Shown: piece by piece, positions 35,931 through 48,520 of the stretch
How the letters are laid out: each line of letters begins with the position of its first letter
Numbering within the stretch: the first letter of the stretch is position 1
NCBI GenBank assembly: GCA_030390025.1
Contig: CM059432.1
Location: 53,818,001 to 53,882,000, forward strand
Direction: 5' to 3'
Origin: Squalus acanthias
Taxonomy: Eukaryota
DNA: 64,000 bases
The notes under the pieces: generated by a model
What the model saw: only the letters and a program-made list of their open reading frames with translations
Database searches by the model: none
Told to the model about the DNA's origin: nothing
Made by a program: the position numbers and the translations under genes

Positions 35931-36239
35931 GTTCTACCAATGCATCCATCTAACAACCACGTGCAAAAGCCACTTTTGCACCCCCTACCCAATGGCACTA
36001 ACACAAAGCAGTCCTGCAAACAATCAAGCCTCCCTTTTACAGCCCCCCCTTGCTCGGCGTCAATTCTTAACTTTCCATTCATCATCACACAACTGAAAAT
36101 GCCACTTGCCAGCCAGCAACCAAGAAAGGGCAAGACAGGAAAGTGATGCAAAAGAATAATATTTATGTGCTTCAAATAGACAGCAGAAACTTAACAATCT
36201 AACAATGTGTAACACACCCATGTGCATACCCTTGTGCAA

Positions 36240-38153
36240 CTACAAATCTTTACTCTTCCTTTTTCTAGCACTTCTACGTGGTGCAACCTCTGTGCCTTTG
36301 GCAGAGGTAGAGGCAAGCTGCTCAGATCCCTGCTCTGACTGTTGAGTTGCTCTTAGACGATGTCCTCTGGGTTTTGGAGCCTGAGAGCCCCGCCAAAGAC
36401 TGTGCCAGCTACACCTGTGCAGGAGCAAACTCGGCCATCGGGATACAAGGCAACATGTGGAGTACTGACTGAGGGGGGCCAACAGGTGAGGAGTGGAAGC
36501 GCTTTGAGCAAAGTCCCCACTCCCATGTCCCCTTTCACCATTATCACTCTCATGGCGCAGCCGTTCTTCCCTGCTACCACTGTGCTGGAGAACACTCTGC
36601 TGCAGATTAGTGGGGCGATGAAAGGCCAAGGCTAGGGTATCATTCATCCTATATAAGGTGGCATTCATAGTGTGTAAGCCATTGGTGAAGGCCTATATGC
36701 ACTCATGTGATTGCCACGTTTGATGCTCCATGCAGTTGGCCACTCTTTCCATGGATGAAGACATCATCGCAAAGGCCTGCGACATCATGCCACTCATGCT
36801 TGAGACGGACTCCTCCAATCATTCAGCAATCATGCACAGTACGCCTGGAATGCCTGACAGTACATCGCACATTCTCTGCTGCTGCTCAATGATTCCCCTC
36901 TTTGTTGACGGTGCCCCGGGATACAGCATCTGCATCCAACTGAGCAGAGCTTGGAGAGTCCTGAGCCCTCCGGCGCGGACTTACCACTGCTGTCCCTGTC
37001 TCCACCATCTGCTCTTGCTCACTTGAGAAGTGCGAGTCACCATGTGAAAACCCAACTATCTCTGTAACTACTGACACCAAAGTGCGAGTATCTGAGCTGC
37101 TGCATGGTTTACATAAGTCCTGTGATGGTGCACCCACTGAGGAGTCGTCATCGTCATGGGTGACCTGGACCACTTCCCGCTGGATGCATGAAGGCCCCGT
37201 GGGAGATAAAAGACATGAATGATTACTGTGAAGGTAAGAATGCTTGAAGTTATCATTATGCACATGATCGTATTTCAGTCGCTGTTGACATCAAGTCAAT
37301 ATGACTGAGTGTTGTATGCCATGTGGCTGCTTGATATTCAATTCTCTCACCAAGTAGCTGGCAGGCCCCTATCTCCAATGGCCAGGCACGCTGAGACTCT
37401 GCTAATCTCCAGCACCTCCTCCTATGCAGATGTTAATTGAGAGGAAGTAGGACTAGCTGAAGTGCTCTTGCAGAGAGATGGCACGGGCTCGACAGGCTGA
37501 ATGGCCTTCGTCCGTGCTGTAACCATTCTATGATTCTATGAGAGATGGCTGGAGGGCCAGCTCTGGTTCTCTGCATCTCCCTGATGTTCCCTGCTCTCTT
37601 CTCCTACAATGAGGGAAAGAAGAGACCTATGAGTGAGAGTAATGGCATGTGTTCACCCGATGGATGGAGAGTATTTGTTGAGGGTGACTATGACATTGCA
37701 TAAGGCTGAGTGTGAGGGTTAGTGGTGGATGGATAGATGGGGATGTGACTAAGGCAGAGAGGGATGGCTGCACCTGCAAGGTAAGTTGCTGTGAGGAGTG
37801 AAGTGCTAGAGTAGGTTTGAGAGGGCAGAGTGAGGGGGTTAGGGTGATACGCACATTAGGATGTAGTTGAATGTGCCGCTATACTTACCTTTCCTGCCCT
37901 GCTGAGGTCATTGAATCGCTTCTTGCATTTGGATCCAGGAGCATGGCATCCATGCTTCTGCTGCTGACCTCCTCGGCAACCTCCAATTACGCCTTCTTGT
38001 CTCAGCTGCTGGCATCTTCCTCCCAGCACCAGGGAAGAGTATCTCCCTCTGGGCCCTTACAGCCCCCAACAGCACATCCAGGGAGGCATCGCTGAAGTGG
38101 GGCGCAGTCTTTGCCTGTCTCGACTCCATAGCAAGAGGTCTGTGGCTCTCCAT
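36240..38153 (-). pseudogene. Harbinger Myb/SANT gene remnant (3 exons)
   Basis: MESRQAKTAPHFSDASLDVLLGAVR..; donor GGAAAG|GTAAGT near 37885; last exon ends RRSARKRKSKDL. Confidence 0.75.
37452..37541 (+). mobile_element. CR1 3' tail-only insertion
   Basis: GGCACGGGCTCGACAGGCTGAATGGCC..ATTCTATGATTCTATGA; matches 52972-53045. Confidence 0.8.
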
Positions 38154-39466
38154 GACAAGTCCAAACTCCTTCAACTTATATGTTTGGAGTGTACCTTTAA
38201 ATACTGGAGTTGAAATCTCGTCATACGGAGCACCATCATGCCCACTGGCGCTAATTGGATAGGTGGGAAACCCAGATGTAAAATGATAATGCAGTGGCTG
38301 AATTAAAAAGCCACTGACAGATGCACTGCACTTACATCCAGGTTTCCCGCGCGCTCCCGGGCCCATCCAGCTCCCAACGCGTCTGCACATTAAAATCCAG
38401 CCTATTGTGTGTGAAGTGCTTTGGGACATCCTAGGGTTGTGAAAATCACTATATAAATACATATTCTTCTTTTTTTACCCTTCCTTCTTTACAGATGTTA
38501 CTAGTCCTGTTGTGCATGTGCAGCAACTTCTGCTTTTTTCTTGACTAACCCTAGTGAGCTAGATCAGTTTGAAATGCAAATGTGACAGTTTGACTTAATG
38601 AACTGGATAATCATTCTTTTAAATAAATGATTCAAAGGGTTGAAGCATTATAGGTCTAAGAATACCCAATTAAGCTAAGCAAAGTTGGGAAGAATCATCA
38701 AAACTTTCCAAGCAACGAACAGAATAAGTTGAAAAGCTGGGAGGAGTGTTACAATTTTTTCTATCACCAGTCTTTGCTCATTTTAGAATTTTTATATTGT
38801 CTGGTCCTACTAATCTGCTTCATGGGTATTAACAAGCTTAATTAAATTTCATATCACATTCTTACATTCTGAATACTGTGTAAGAAACAAAGCTGTAAAG
38901 GAGATCCATTATGAAGTCTATTTGATGTGGGGAAGGGAGCATTTTCAAGAAGTGCTACTGTTCTCAATCTCCTTTATTATACTTGACAACAAAGAAGCTG
39001 AAGAGCAGTATGACTTACTGAGAACATCCCTGTCATATGGTACGAATGAATGTGATATCACACATGGGATGAATAGGCCCAGAGACACTAGACTGAACAA
39101 TATGGTGTTTATGAAACAAAGCCAAAAACAAAGCTACTCATATTTTGGTCTAATTTTGCTCAATTTAGATTCAAAAAGATTTTGGTATGTTTTCTGGTTG
39201 TTTTCTTCTTATAGCAAACAAAGTGTAAGAAAATAAATAGCACACTAAAGAATTAACTCAAATATATGTTAATCAGTTCCATGGAATAAGTTTGTGAGCC
39301 AAACAATTCCACATGACAGGAAAATGTTGTCTTTTAGGAACTTTATTTCTACACTTGCATTTATTGTTTTCTGTAGTTGAATAGTAATTCAAAAAACAAA
39401 CTAAAAAAAATGCACTCTCTCAGCCATGACGTCCTGTTTGACCCTGAGTTGAGCTTTAAACCCAAC

Positions 39467-41170
39467 GGGGGCTAAATTGGATAACCCCCAAAAATGGGCA
39501 CGGGGATCACGATGCGCAATTACCTCACGCTCGTTCAGTGCAATGCAGGCAGCACGCCAACTTTGTGCTGCCTGCTAATTTCCATGATTGCTGCATGCAG
39601 CCAGCACCAACCGTGCTGTTCATTGGCTGCACGCATCAGCAGGAGTCCCAATATCTTTACTTTATAGCACTACATAAAGCTAGCCTGCACTGCTTAAAGT
39701 GAGCCTGCACCTCTTAAAGGGAAGGTGCATTGTCTGCTGGAGGTGCTGAGATCATTGAGAATAGTGTGCTGTGTAACAAGCAACAATGGCTGACCATGGG
39801 AGAGCGCGTGCACCAAGGTTTTCGGACGCTGCACTGGAGGCCTTGATGGAGGACGGGTAAAGCAGGAGAGAGGTGCTGTATCCACAAGGGGGCAGGAAGC
39901 CCTCCGACACACAATGAGAAGGCAGTGGGAACAAATAGCCGCAGAGGTCAATGCCAGGAGTGTAGCCCCAAGGACCTGGATAGGGTGCTGCAAGAAGTTT
40001 AATGACCTCACATGAGTGGTCAAGGTCAGTGAATGCCATATCTCACCAAGTGCACCACTAGCCTCACACACTGCTAAATGTACCCCCATCACTTACCTAC
40101 CAACAATCCCTATCAATGAGGACTCATACCTAACATTCATATGCTTCACCTCAACCTCACACACTTAGCACTGTTGGAAGCCTCACACCCACATCTCACA
40201 CCTTGCACACACTGCCAGCTATTCAACCATGACAGCCATATCACCCAAACATATTACACGACACTCATTGACACACTTCCCTCTCTTGCAGGAGAAGGTG
40301 GTGCACAACCGGAGGCAGCAGCAACTAACCGGAGGGGGATGGGCGTGCCTGCATGTTCTAACCCTCATGGAGAAGATGGTGCTGGCCATTATGGGACGGG
40401 CCATTGCTGAGGCCGTGGTCACCAGTGGGGCTGAATCCATTGCAGATGACGGTATCTTCCTTCTCACATACCACTTTCTCCTCATCCCACAATTTCTTCT
40501 GGCTTACAAGATGCAGATGGTGTAGGCATGCACTTCTTACTTTCCCCTCTCCCCTCACCACAAACTTACCCTTGTCCCTTTTTCCTTTCAGATACCCAAG
40601 AACTGCAACCTGGCCAGGCAGTGGAGGAAGATCAAAAAGACAGTGATGATGAAGACACAGCATCACTCGATTTCACACTCGCAGCCACCAGCTCATTTAC
40701 TGACACTGCATATCTTAGAGGAGAGCATAGAGGTAGGATCTGCATGTGGTGAGACACCGGGCACAAGTGCACTGCAGCTAGGGTAGGAGGCAAGCATAGC
40801 GCTGGTGCCAGCTCGCCAGAGGGCGAGGTCACACACGAGTTCTGCTGCAGAGAACTCAGATGAGGACTTCAATGGGCCAGGCTACAGAAGAAGGCTGATG
40901 GGTGTACACACCAAAATGGTTGGTGCACTGGGAAGCCTGCCAGAAAGCATGCATGCAATGACAAGGAGCATGGAGTATTCTGGGCACCAACTTGGCATAG
41001 GGCTTTGCGCAGAGCTTGGAGCCCATCTTTTCCAGCATTGAACTGGTGGCCAACTCCATCAACAAACATGTGGAGCCAACCATGATGCAGTGTCTGATGG
41101 CCGATGTCTCAGCTTCCATTGCAGCACAAGCAGTAACCACCCAACGACAGAGTGCTGCAGTGGAAGCTCA
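39467..41170 (+). mobile_element. Harbinger family B left half with spliced Myb gene (exons 39786-40024, 40292-40451, 40592-)
   Basis: TIR GGGGGCTAAATTGGATA; MADHGRARAPRFSDAALEAL..WIGCCKKFNDL; GT-AG introns with pyrimidine tracts. Confidence 0.82.
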
Positions 41171-43013
41171 GCCCTAGAAATTGGATATGGCCCAAAAACG
41201 GATGGTGTCATGACCCAGTGCTATTTGACTGCGCCTGTTCAAAGTGGTCCAGGCAGCACGCAAAATTCATGCTGCCTGCTCATTTGTTCATTTACATAAT
41301 TGTTGTGCTGACCGCAGTGCTAAATGCGCTGCTGATCGGCTTACCACTCAAAAGGTGGCCCACTATCGAGTGCAGTAATGTTTGGCCTAGTCTTTCTCCA
41401 CTACTTAAACGGGAGGTGCTTTGATGCAGCAGCACCTCATTGTCATTGGAGTTGGAGCTGGAATTACAGTTGGAATGCATGGCTCAGCAGCAGTAACGAG
41501 AACAAGCCAGAAGGTTCCCCGATGCAGCTCTGGAGGCATTGGTACTGGCCGTGGAGAAGAGGCGGGCTGTCCTGTTCCCGCAGGATGGCAGGAAGCCATC
41601 AGTGCATACATCGAGAAGGCTGTGGCAAGAGATAGCTGGGTACGTCATGGCCAACAGCGTCAGACCACGGACATGGATCCAGTGCCGCAAGAAGTTTAAT
41701 GATCTCACACGGCAGGTCAAGTGAGTGAAGGCTTCAGCAAATGCCATATCGCACCATCTGCACCACGAGCCTCACACACTGCTCAGTGCACCACACTCAC
41801 CTACCAATCTACCTTTCACCACTCAGACCTCACAATCATAGCTTCACTTCACCCTCACAACCGTACCACTGCTACAAAACTCACACCCACATCTCGCTCC
41901 TTCCACACGCTGCCAGCTATTCAACTATAGCAGGCACATCACTCAAACACATCTCACTGATGCACTTCCCTTTCTCTCGAAGGCCAAGGTGGCTCACAAT
42001 CGCCGCGAACAGCAGCAGACGGGAGGCGGCCAAGCCGCTTTAGAGACCTTGAGCCAACTGGAGGAGTTGGTGCTCGACATCATTGGAGGAGAAGTCACCA
42101 AGGCCGTGGCAACGGGCGAAGTTGAAGCCCTTGGGGACAATAACGGTCTGCTCATTCCTAATCCTTCTTCTCACATCCCACTTCACCCTCATCCCACAAT
42201 CTCTTCTCACTTACAAGCTGCTGATGCTGTATGCATGGATATCTTGCTTTCCCCCCTCCCAGCCCCTCACCATAACCCGACTCTTGTGCCTTTCTGCTTT
42301 CAGAAGACCAAGATCTGCCACCTGCACAGCCTGTCCCCGAAGTAATGGAGGAGAATGGAGATGAAGAAGGCAGCACACCGTCACTGCATCTGACACTCGC
42401 AGACACCAGCTCAGAAACTGGCACTGTGCGGAATGTAGAGATTAGTATAGATGTGGGATCTGCACAGGGTGAGGCACCGGGCATCAGTGGGCTCAGCAAG
42501 GCCAGGGGGAAAGGGTAGCTCGGGGGCCAGCTCCCCAGAGGGCGAGATTGGCGCATGGGTTCTGTTGCATAGGACTCAGATGATGACCTCAATGGGGCGG
42601 CCTTCAGAAGAAGGGTGATGGCTATGTACACCGAAATGCGAGGTGCAATGGGAAGCCTGCCAGAGAGCCTCTTGGCAATGTCAAGGAGCATGGAGGAGTC
42701 TGACTCCAACATTGGACGGGGCTTTGCGCTGAGCTTGGAGCCCATGATTTCCAGGCTGGAAATGATGGACAACTCCAGGCGAGACCTTGTGGACCCAGCC
42801 AGGATGCTGCGTCTGATGGGCGATGTCACAGCTTCCATTGCAACACAGGTGGAAGCAACCCAATGTCTCAGTGTTGCAGTGGAAGCACAGACTGCTCTCC
42901 TGCAGGCTCAGCTTGCTGCTACCCAAGCTCAGACTGCTGCCCTCGTGGCTGGGTTTACGAGTGTTGAAAGGGATTTCAGGGTGTCACAGCAGGCCAGCAT
43001 CTGTCCTCCAACA

Positions 43014-43603
43014 TAGAAACATTGAAAAATAGGAGCAGGGGTAGGACATTCGACCCTTCGAGCCTGCTCTGCCATTCAATATGATCATGGCTGATCCTCT
43101 ATCTCAATACCATATTCCCGCTCTCTCCCCATACCCCTAGTTGTCTTTTGCATCTAGAAATCTATCTATCTCCTTCTTAAATATATTCAGTGACTAGGCC
43201 TCCACAGCCTGCTGTGGTAGAGAATTCCACAGGTTCACCACCCTCTGAGTGAAGAAATTTCTCCTCATCTCAGTCCTAAATATCCTACCCTGTATCCTGA
43301 GACTGTGACCCCTCGTTCTAGACCCCACAGCCAGGGGAACCATCCTCCCTGCATCCAGTCTGTCTTGCCCTGTCAGAATTTTATACGTTTCAGTGAGATC
43401 CCCTCTCATTCTTCTAAACTCTAGTGAATACAGGCCTAGTCGACCCAATCTCTCCTCATACGACAGCCCTGCCATCCCAGGAATCAGTCTGGTGAACCTT
43501 TGCTGCACTCCCTCTACAGCAGGTATATCCTTTCTTAGGTAAGGAGATCAAAACTGCACACAGTACTCCAGGTGTGGTCTCACCAAGGTCCTGTATAACT
43601 GTA
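43014..43603 (-). mobile_element. CR1 3' fragment
   Basis: ORF 43194-43508 RFTRLIPGMAGLSYEERL..NFFTQRVVNLWNSLP; tail at ~43011-43030. Confidence 0.93.
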
Positions 43604-44523
43604 ATGCGGAGATGCCGGTGTTGGACTGGGGTGGACAAAAGTGAGAAGTCGCACAACACCAGGTTATAGTCCAACAGTTTTATTTGAAATCACAAGCTTT
43701 CGGAGCTACTGCCCCTTCGTCAGGTGAAGTGAAGGAATACGAATCGGCAAAGCATATATAGACAGAGAACAATGCCTGTGTAGCGTACAATGGCAGACGA
43801 CTACAGTTAATCTTGCTGACTGCCTTTTATCACACCTTGGCAGAGAAACAATCAGGTCAGGAAGGCATTATATCAAAGACATAGCAAGATACAGCTAAGA
43901 CAATAAGGTGGGGTTACAGGGGGTCTAATGTGTCAAATGCAGTCTGTAAAAAAACCATAAACTTTAAAATTTTTACTTTTTTTTAACTGGAAATCACATC
44001 TGTGAACAAGCCAACGACGACTCGAGTCTGGATGACTCTACGTCATGTAGCGTGACATGAACCCAAGATCCCGGTTGAGGCCGTCCTCATGGGTGCGGAA
44101 CTTGGCTATCAGTTTCTGCTCGATGATTTTGCGTTGTCGTGTGTCTCGAAGGCCGCCTTGGAGAACGCTTACCCGCAGATCCGAGGCTGAATGTCCTTGA
44201 TTGCTGAAGTGTTCCCCGACTGGGAGGTAACAATCCTGCCTGGCGATTGTTGCGCGGTGTCCGTTCATACGTTGTCTCAGTGTCTGCATGGTCTCGCCGA
44301 TGTACCATGCTCCGGTGCATCCTTTCCTGCAACGTATGAGGTAGACAACGTTGGCCGAGTCACATGAGTATGTACCATGTACCTGGTGGGTGGTGTCCTC
44401 ACGTGTGATGATGGTATCTGTGTTGATGATCTGGCATGTCTTGCAGAGGTTGCCGTGGCAGGGTTGTGTGGTGTCGTGGTCGCTGTTCTCCTGAAAGCTG
44501 GGTAATTTGCTGCGAACGATGGT
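43604..44523 (-). mobile_element. Penelope-like element 3' part (GIY-YIG endonuclease C-terminus + terminal repeat)
   Basis: Minus strand: CDSANVVYLIRCRKGCTGAWYIGETMQTLRQRMNGHR..VGEHFS..EQKLIAKF..GLNRD; hammerhead motif downstream. Confidence 0.9.
43690..43727 (-). ncRNA. Minimal type I hammerhead ribozyme motif
   Basis: Minus strand TCAC-CTGACGA-A-GGGGC-AGTA-GCTCC-GAAA-GC-T-T-GTGA: stem I TCAC/GTGA, intact core, stem II, palindromic AGCT. Confidence 0.8.
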
Positions 44524-45453
44524 ACTTTTGAGTACTTTCTGTCCTCCAACAGAATACTAAGATTTCTGAGTCGCTGCCCGGGGAAGTGGCAGTGGCTCTG
44601 TGGAGCATGAACCTGCTGTCCTCTCTCAGGATGACACCATTCGTTCTCCCACCCCTGCCACTCCGTCATTGCCCTTGCTTTTGCCTGTCAGCCAGCCAGC
44701 CTAGACTGCTGCTGCCCATGCCAAGATGGTGCAGTCTGAAGCCGATGTTCTAGGCCCAGAGCTTGTCAAGGTCATCCTCCAAGGCCATCTGCAGTCTCCT
44801 CCCCTAAAAGTCAGCAGCCTTCCACCAGCCATGCTGCAGCCACTGGGGTAGCACTGCATAGGAGCACTAGGACAGGCAAAAGCACACGGAAGACAGGCAC
44901 TAAGGGAATACACAAGGGTGATTCGTTTAATTTTGTTTGCAATATGGCATGCTTTAATTTATAAATTTGGTTTGGAATGTGTAATTTGTGTTGGCTTTCA
45001 TTTTTGCATTGTGGCCAAGATGAAGATGTGATGGTCAGTGACAGAGGGAAAGTAAGGAGTGTGAGACTGTTGGTCAATGGGGAATTGGGGTTGGGGTTAC
45101 TGGTATTGCACTTCAATTAGTTCTTCACATGCAGCCCAGATGGAAAGGGGCTGGCTAGGTTGCAGCCTCCCATCCTCTTCCTCTTCTTCTGCCTCCTCCT
45201 CTTCCTCCTCCTCCTCGTGCTCCTGCTCCTCAGCTTCTCTCCTGATAAGTGGTGGCAAGGGCTGTTCCCTCATGATGGCAAGGTTGTGCAGCATGAAGCA
45301 TAGTACCACAAATCTTGAGACCCGCTCAGCCGTGTACTGCAGGGCTCCTCCAGTGTGGTTCAGGCAGCGGAATCGTTGCTTCAGCACACCAATGGTCTGC
45401 TCTATAATATTTCTTGTGGCAGCATGGCTCTCATGTGTGCATGGGTTGTGAAC

Positions 45454-47957
45454 ATAAGAACATAAGAACATAAGAAATAGGAGCAGGAATAGGCCACTTG
45501 GCCCCTCGAGCCTGCTCCACCATTCAATAAGACCATGGCTGATCTTGGGCTCAAAGCCACTTCCCCACCCGCTCCCCATAACTATTCACTCCCTTATCTT
45601 GCAAACATTTGTCTATCTCCACCTTAAATGTATTTAATGACCCAGCCTCCACAGCTCTTTGGGGCAGAGAATTGCACAGATTTACGACCCTCTGAGAGAA
45701 GAAATTCCTCCTCATCTCAGTTCTAAAAGGGCGACCCTTTATTCTAAAACTGTGCCCCCGCGTTCTAGATTTCCCCACGAGGGGAAACATCCTCTCTGCA
45801 TCTACCTTGGCGAGCCCCCTCAGTATCTTATATGATTCAATAAGATCACCTCTCATTCTTCTAAATTCCAATGAGTATAGGCCCAGCCTGTAAAGTTTCC
45901 AAAATTTGCAGATCCCCAAAAATCTAAGGAAAAAGGACTTTGGAACTACCCCAGAGTGATAAAAATGCATTTGGGCCTAACATAAGGAATTTAAGACCAA
46001 AACCAAGCTTTGGCATTTTAAAAGGCCCTGGGAGAAGGCAGCCCCACCCAAAACACAGAACCCATTAAAGAGACGCATAAAGATAGGAGTGCTAGGCCCA
46101 GCAAGAAACCCAAAACATGAGGACAATGCAAACTCCGATTAAACAACAGATCGACAGGACGCAAGCCATTTGACACTCAGTAAAAAGCCATTACTGTTGA
46201 CGAGGTCTTACAATGACCAGGATTTGATTTGGTTTAGCATAATTGAAGGCCCATCAAGCAGTTACAACAGTTCAGTAAGAAGAGAGTTCAGAACATTTTA
46301 ACACCAAGTTAAACCCATCAAAACTTAACAAGCCCGCAAAACCAAGACAATGGAATGAACAGGCCTCAACTGAAACCAAATCACTTCAGCACGAAACCAT
46401 TTTTAGTAAGGGGTTCTGGGAGTGAAAAGAACAAAGGAGCTGAACAAGTATGACTGGGGGGCCTAATTCCCCAAGAGGCCCTCTCTCCGGACTCTCTGAC
46501 AACACTGGCACAGCTCCCTCTCGGCTCTGTTCCAGAAGCAGCACATTCCAGGAAGACACTCGACGACCAGACCACCATCGCAATCAACTTACCTGGTTGG
46601 ATTTCGCACTGTTAAAACCCCTGTTTGGTGAGCATTATCCCTGATCTCCTGAAACCGAAACCTAGCTAGATAGTGGGATTTTTGGGAGGTATAAGGGTTT
46701 TTGTATATTGTCGTTCTCCCTCGCCTGTACCGTGTGTTCCCCAACCTGTTTAAGTGTTAAGTGTGTTTTAAGTTTGTTACCTTTTTCTTTTAATAAAATT
46801 CAAAATTCTTTCATCAGAACCTGTTGTCTACTACATCTTTATTCACAACTCCTAAATAAGTCCAAGGTCTCAACCTGGGGCGTGGGAGCGATTTGAACCG
46901 CTCACTGAGTCAGGGGTAAGGCTGACCCCTACCACCACCACCCCCTACAAGCCTGCTCAACCTTTCCTCATAAGTCAACCCCCTCATCTCTGGAATTAAC
47001 CTAGTGAATCGTCTCTAAACTGCTTCCAATGCAAGTATATCCTTCCTTAAATAAGGAGACTAAAACTGTATGCAGTACTCAAGGTGTGGTCTCACCAATA
47101 CCCTGTACAATTGTAACAGGACTTCCCTGCCTTTATACTCCAACCCCTTTGAAATAAAGGCCAACATTCCATTTGCCTTTTTGATTATTTGCTGTACCTG
47201 CATGCTAACTTTTTGTGTTTCATGTACAAGGACCCCCAGGTCCCTCTGAACTGTAGCATTTTGTAATCTCTCTCCATTTAAATAATAATTTGCTTTTTTA
47301 TTTTTCCTGCCAAAGTGTATAACCTCGCACTTTCCCACATTATACTCCATCTGCCAAATGGTTGCCCACTCAGCCTGTCTATATCCCTTTGCAGGTTCTT
47401 TGAGTCCTCTGCACAACTTGATTTCCCACCCATCTTTGTATCATCGGCAAACTTGGCTATATTACACTCGGTCCCTTCATCCAAGTCATTAATGTAGATT
47501 GTAAATAGTTGAGGTCCCAGCACCGATCCCTGTGGCACCCCACTAGTTATCGTTTGCCAGCCGGAAAATTACCCATTTATCCCGACTCTCTGCTTTCTGT
47601 TAGTTAGCCAATTCTCTATCCATGCTAATATATTACCCTTAGTTCCAGAGCTCTTATCTTATGCAGTAACCTTTTATGTGGCACCTTATCGAATGCCTTC
47701 TGGAAATCTAAATACACCACATCCACTGGTTCACCCTTATCCACCCTGCTCGTTACCTCCTCAAAAGAACTCCAGCAAGTTTGCTAAACATGATTTCCCT
47801 TTCATAAAACCATGCTGACTCTGCTTGACTGCATTATGATTTTCCAAATGCCCTGCTACTGCTTCCTTAATGAAGGACTCCAGCATTTTCCCAATGACAG
47901 ATGTTAGGCTAACTGGTCTCTAGTTTCCTACTTTCTGTCTCCCTCCTTTCTTAAATA
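45454..47957 (-). mobile_element. CR1 (5'-truncated RT region) interrupted by a solo LTR
   Basis: [24 protein letters not shown]; (TTCTTATG)n tail; GTGAAC duplicated at 45448-45453 and 47958-47963. Confidence 0.92.
45889..46949 (+). mobile_element. Solo LTR, 1061 bp
   Basis: TGTA...TACA termini; AGCC 4-bp TSD (45885-45888, 46950-46953); CR1 sequence is contiguous across it; AATAAA at ~46792. Confidence 0.85.
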
Positions 47958-47992
47958 GTGAACCGGAGTCATGAGCCATGTAGTCAGCGGAT

Positions 47993-48520
47993 CCTGTGAG
48001 AGACAACATCATTCATGTCCGAGGCCGGGTCCCAGGAGTGAGGACGAGCCCAGCAGCGAGGTCAAGGCCCAGGAGTGGCGCAGTGTGGATCAGCAGCGGG
48101 GTCGGGGCCCAGGGAAGGTGCGGCATGGGCCAACAGCGAGGTCGGGAGGACCACAATGCATCCTACGAAACCCAGGCAGAGAGGACTTGCGGGAAGGAGG
48201 GAGGAGGACAGTAGGAGTATGTGTGTGTGTGTGTGTGTGCTAGGCTGTTGTAGCAGAGCCTGGTCTCCAATCGTCTTGGAACCCCTTGCCATTGGACCAA
48301 GACCTTGCTCTGTCAAGCCCGTGTGATGGCTGGTGTGCAACGGCCACCCCACGTGAAAAGAATTCACGCACAGGCATCTTCCACCCTTTAAAATGAAGTT
48401 CGGGACCTGGAACGTCAGGACCCTCATGGCTCGCATTGGACTCATCAGTCACCTGAGAACTCATTTTTAATGTGGGAGCAAGTCATCCTCGGTTCCGAGG
48501 GACTACCTAAGAAGAAAAAG
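47993..48520 (+). mobile_element. Bipartite non-autonomous RTE-clade element
   Basis: MKFGTWNVRTLM (48393) joined to RIGLISHLRTH and an (AAG)n tail; TSD AGTCAGYGGAT (47982-47992, 48521-48531); (TG)n at ~48220-48240. Confidence 0.8.

Larger units (their letters stand above)
34740..38403. mobile_element. Harbinger family A copy, inverted relative to 2890-10043
   Basis: Transposase on + (~34860-35930), Myb on - (38153-36240), right end TAAAATCCAGCCT; left end not identified. Confidence 0.8.
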
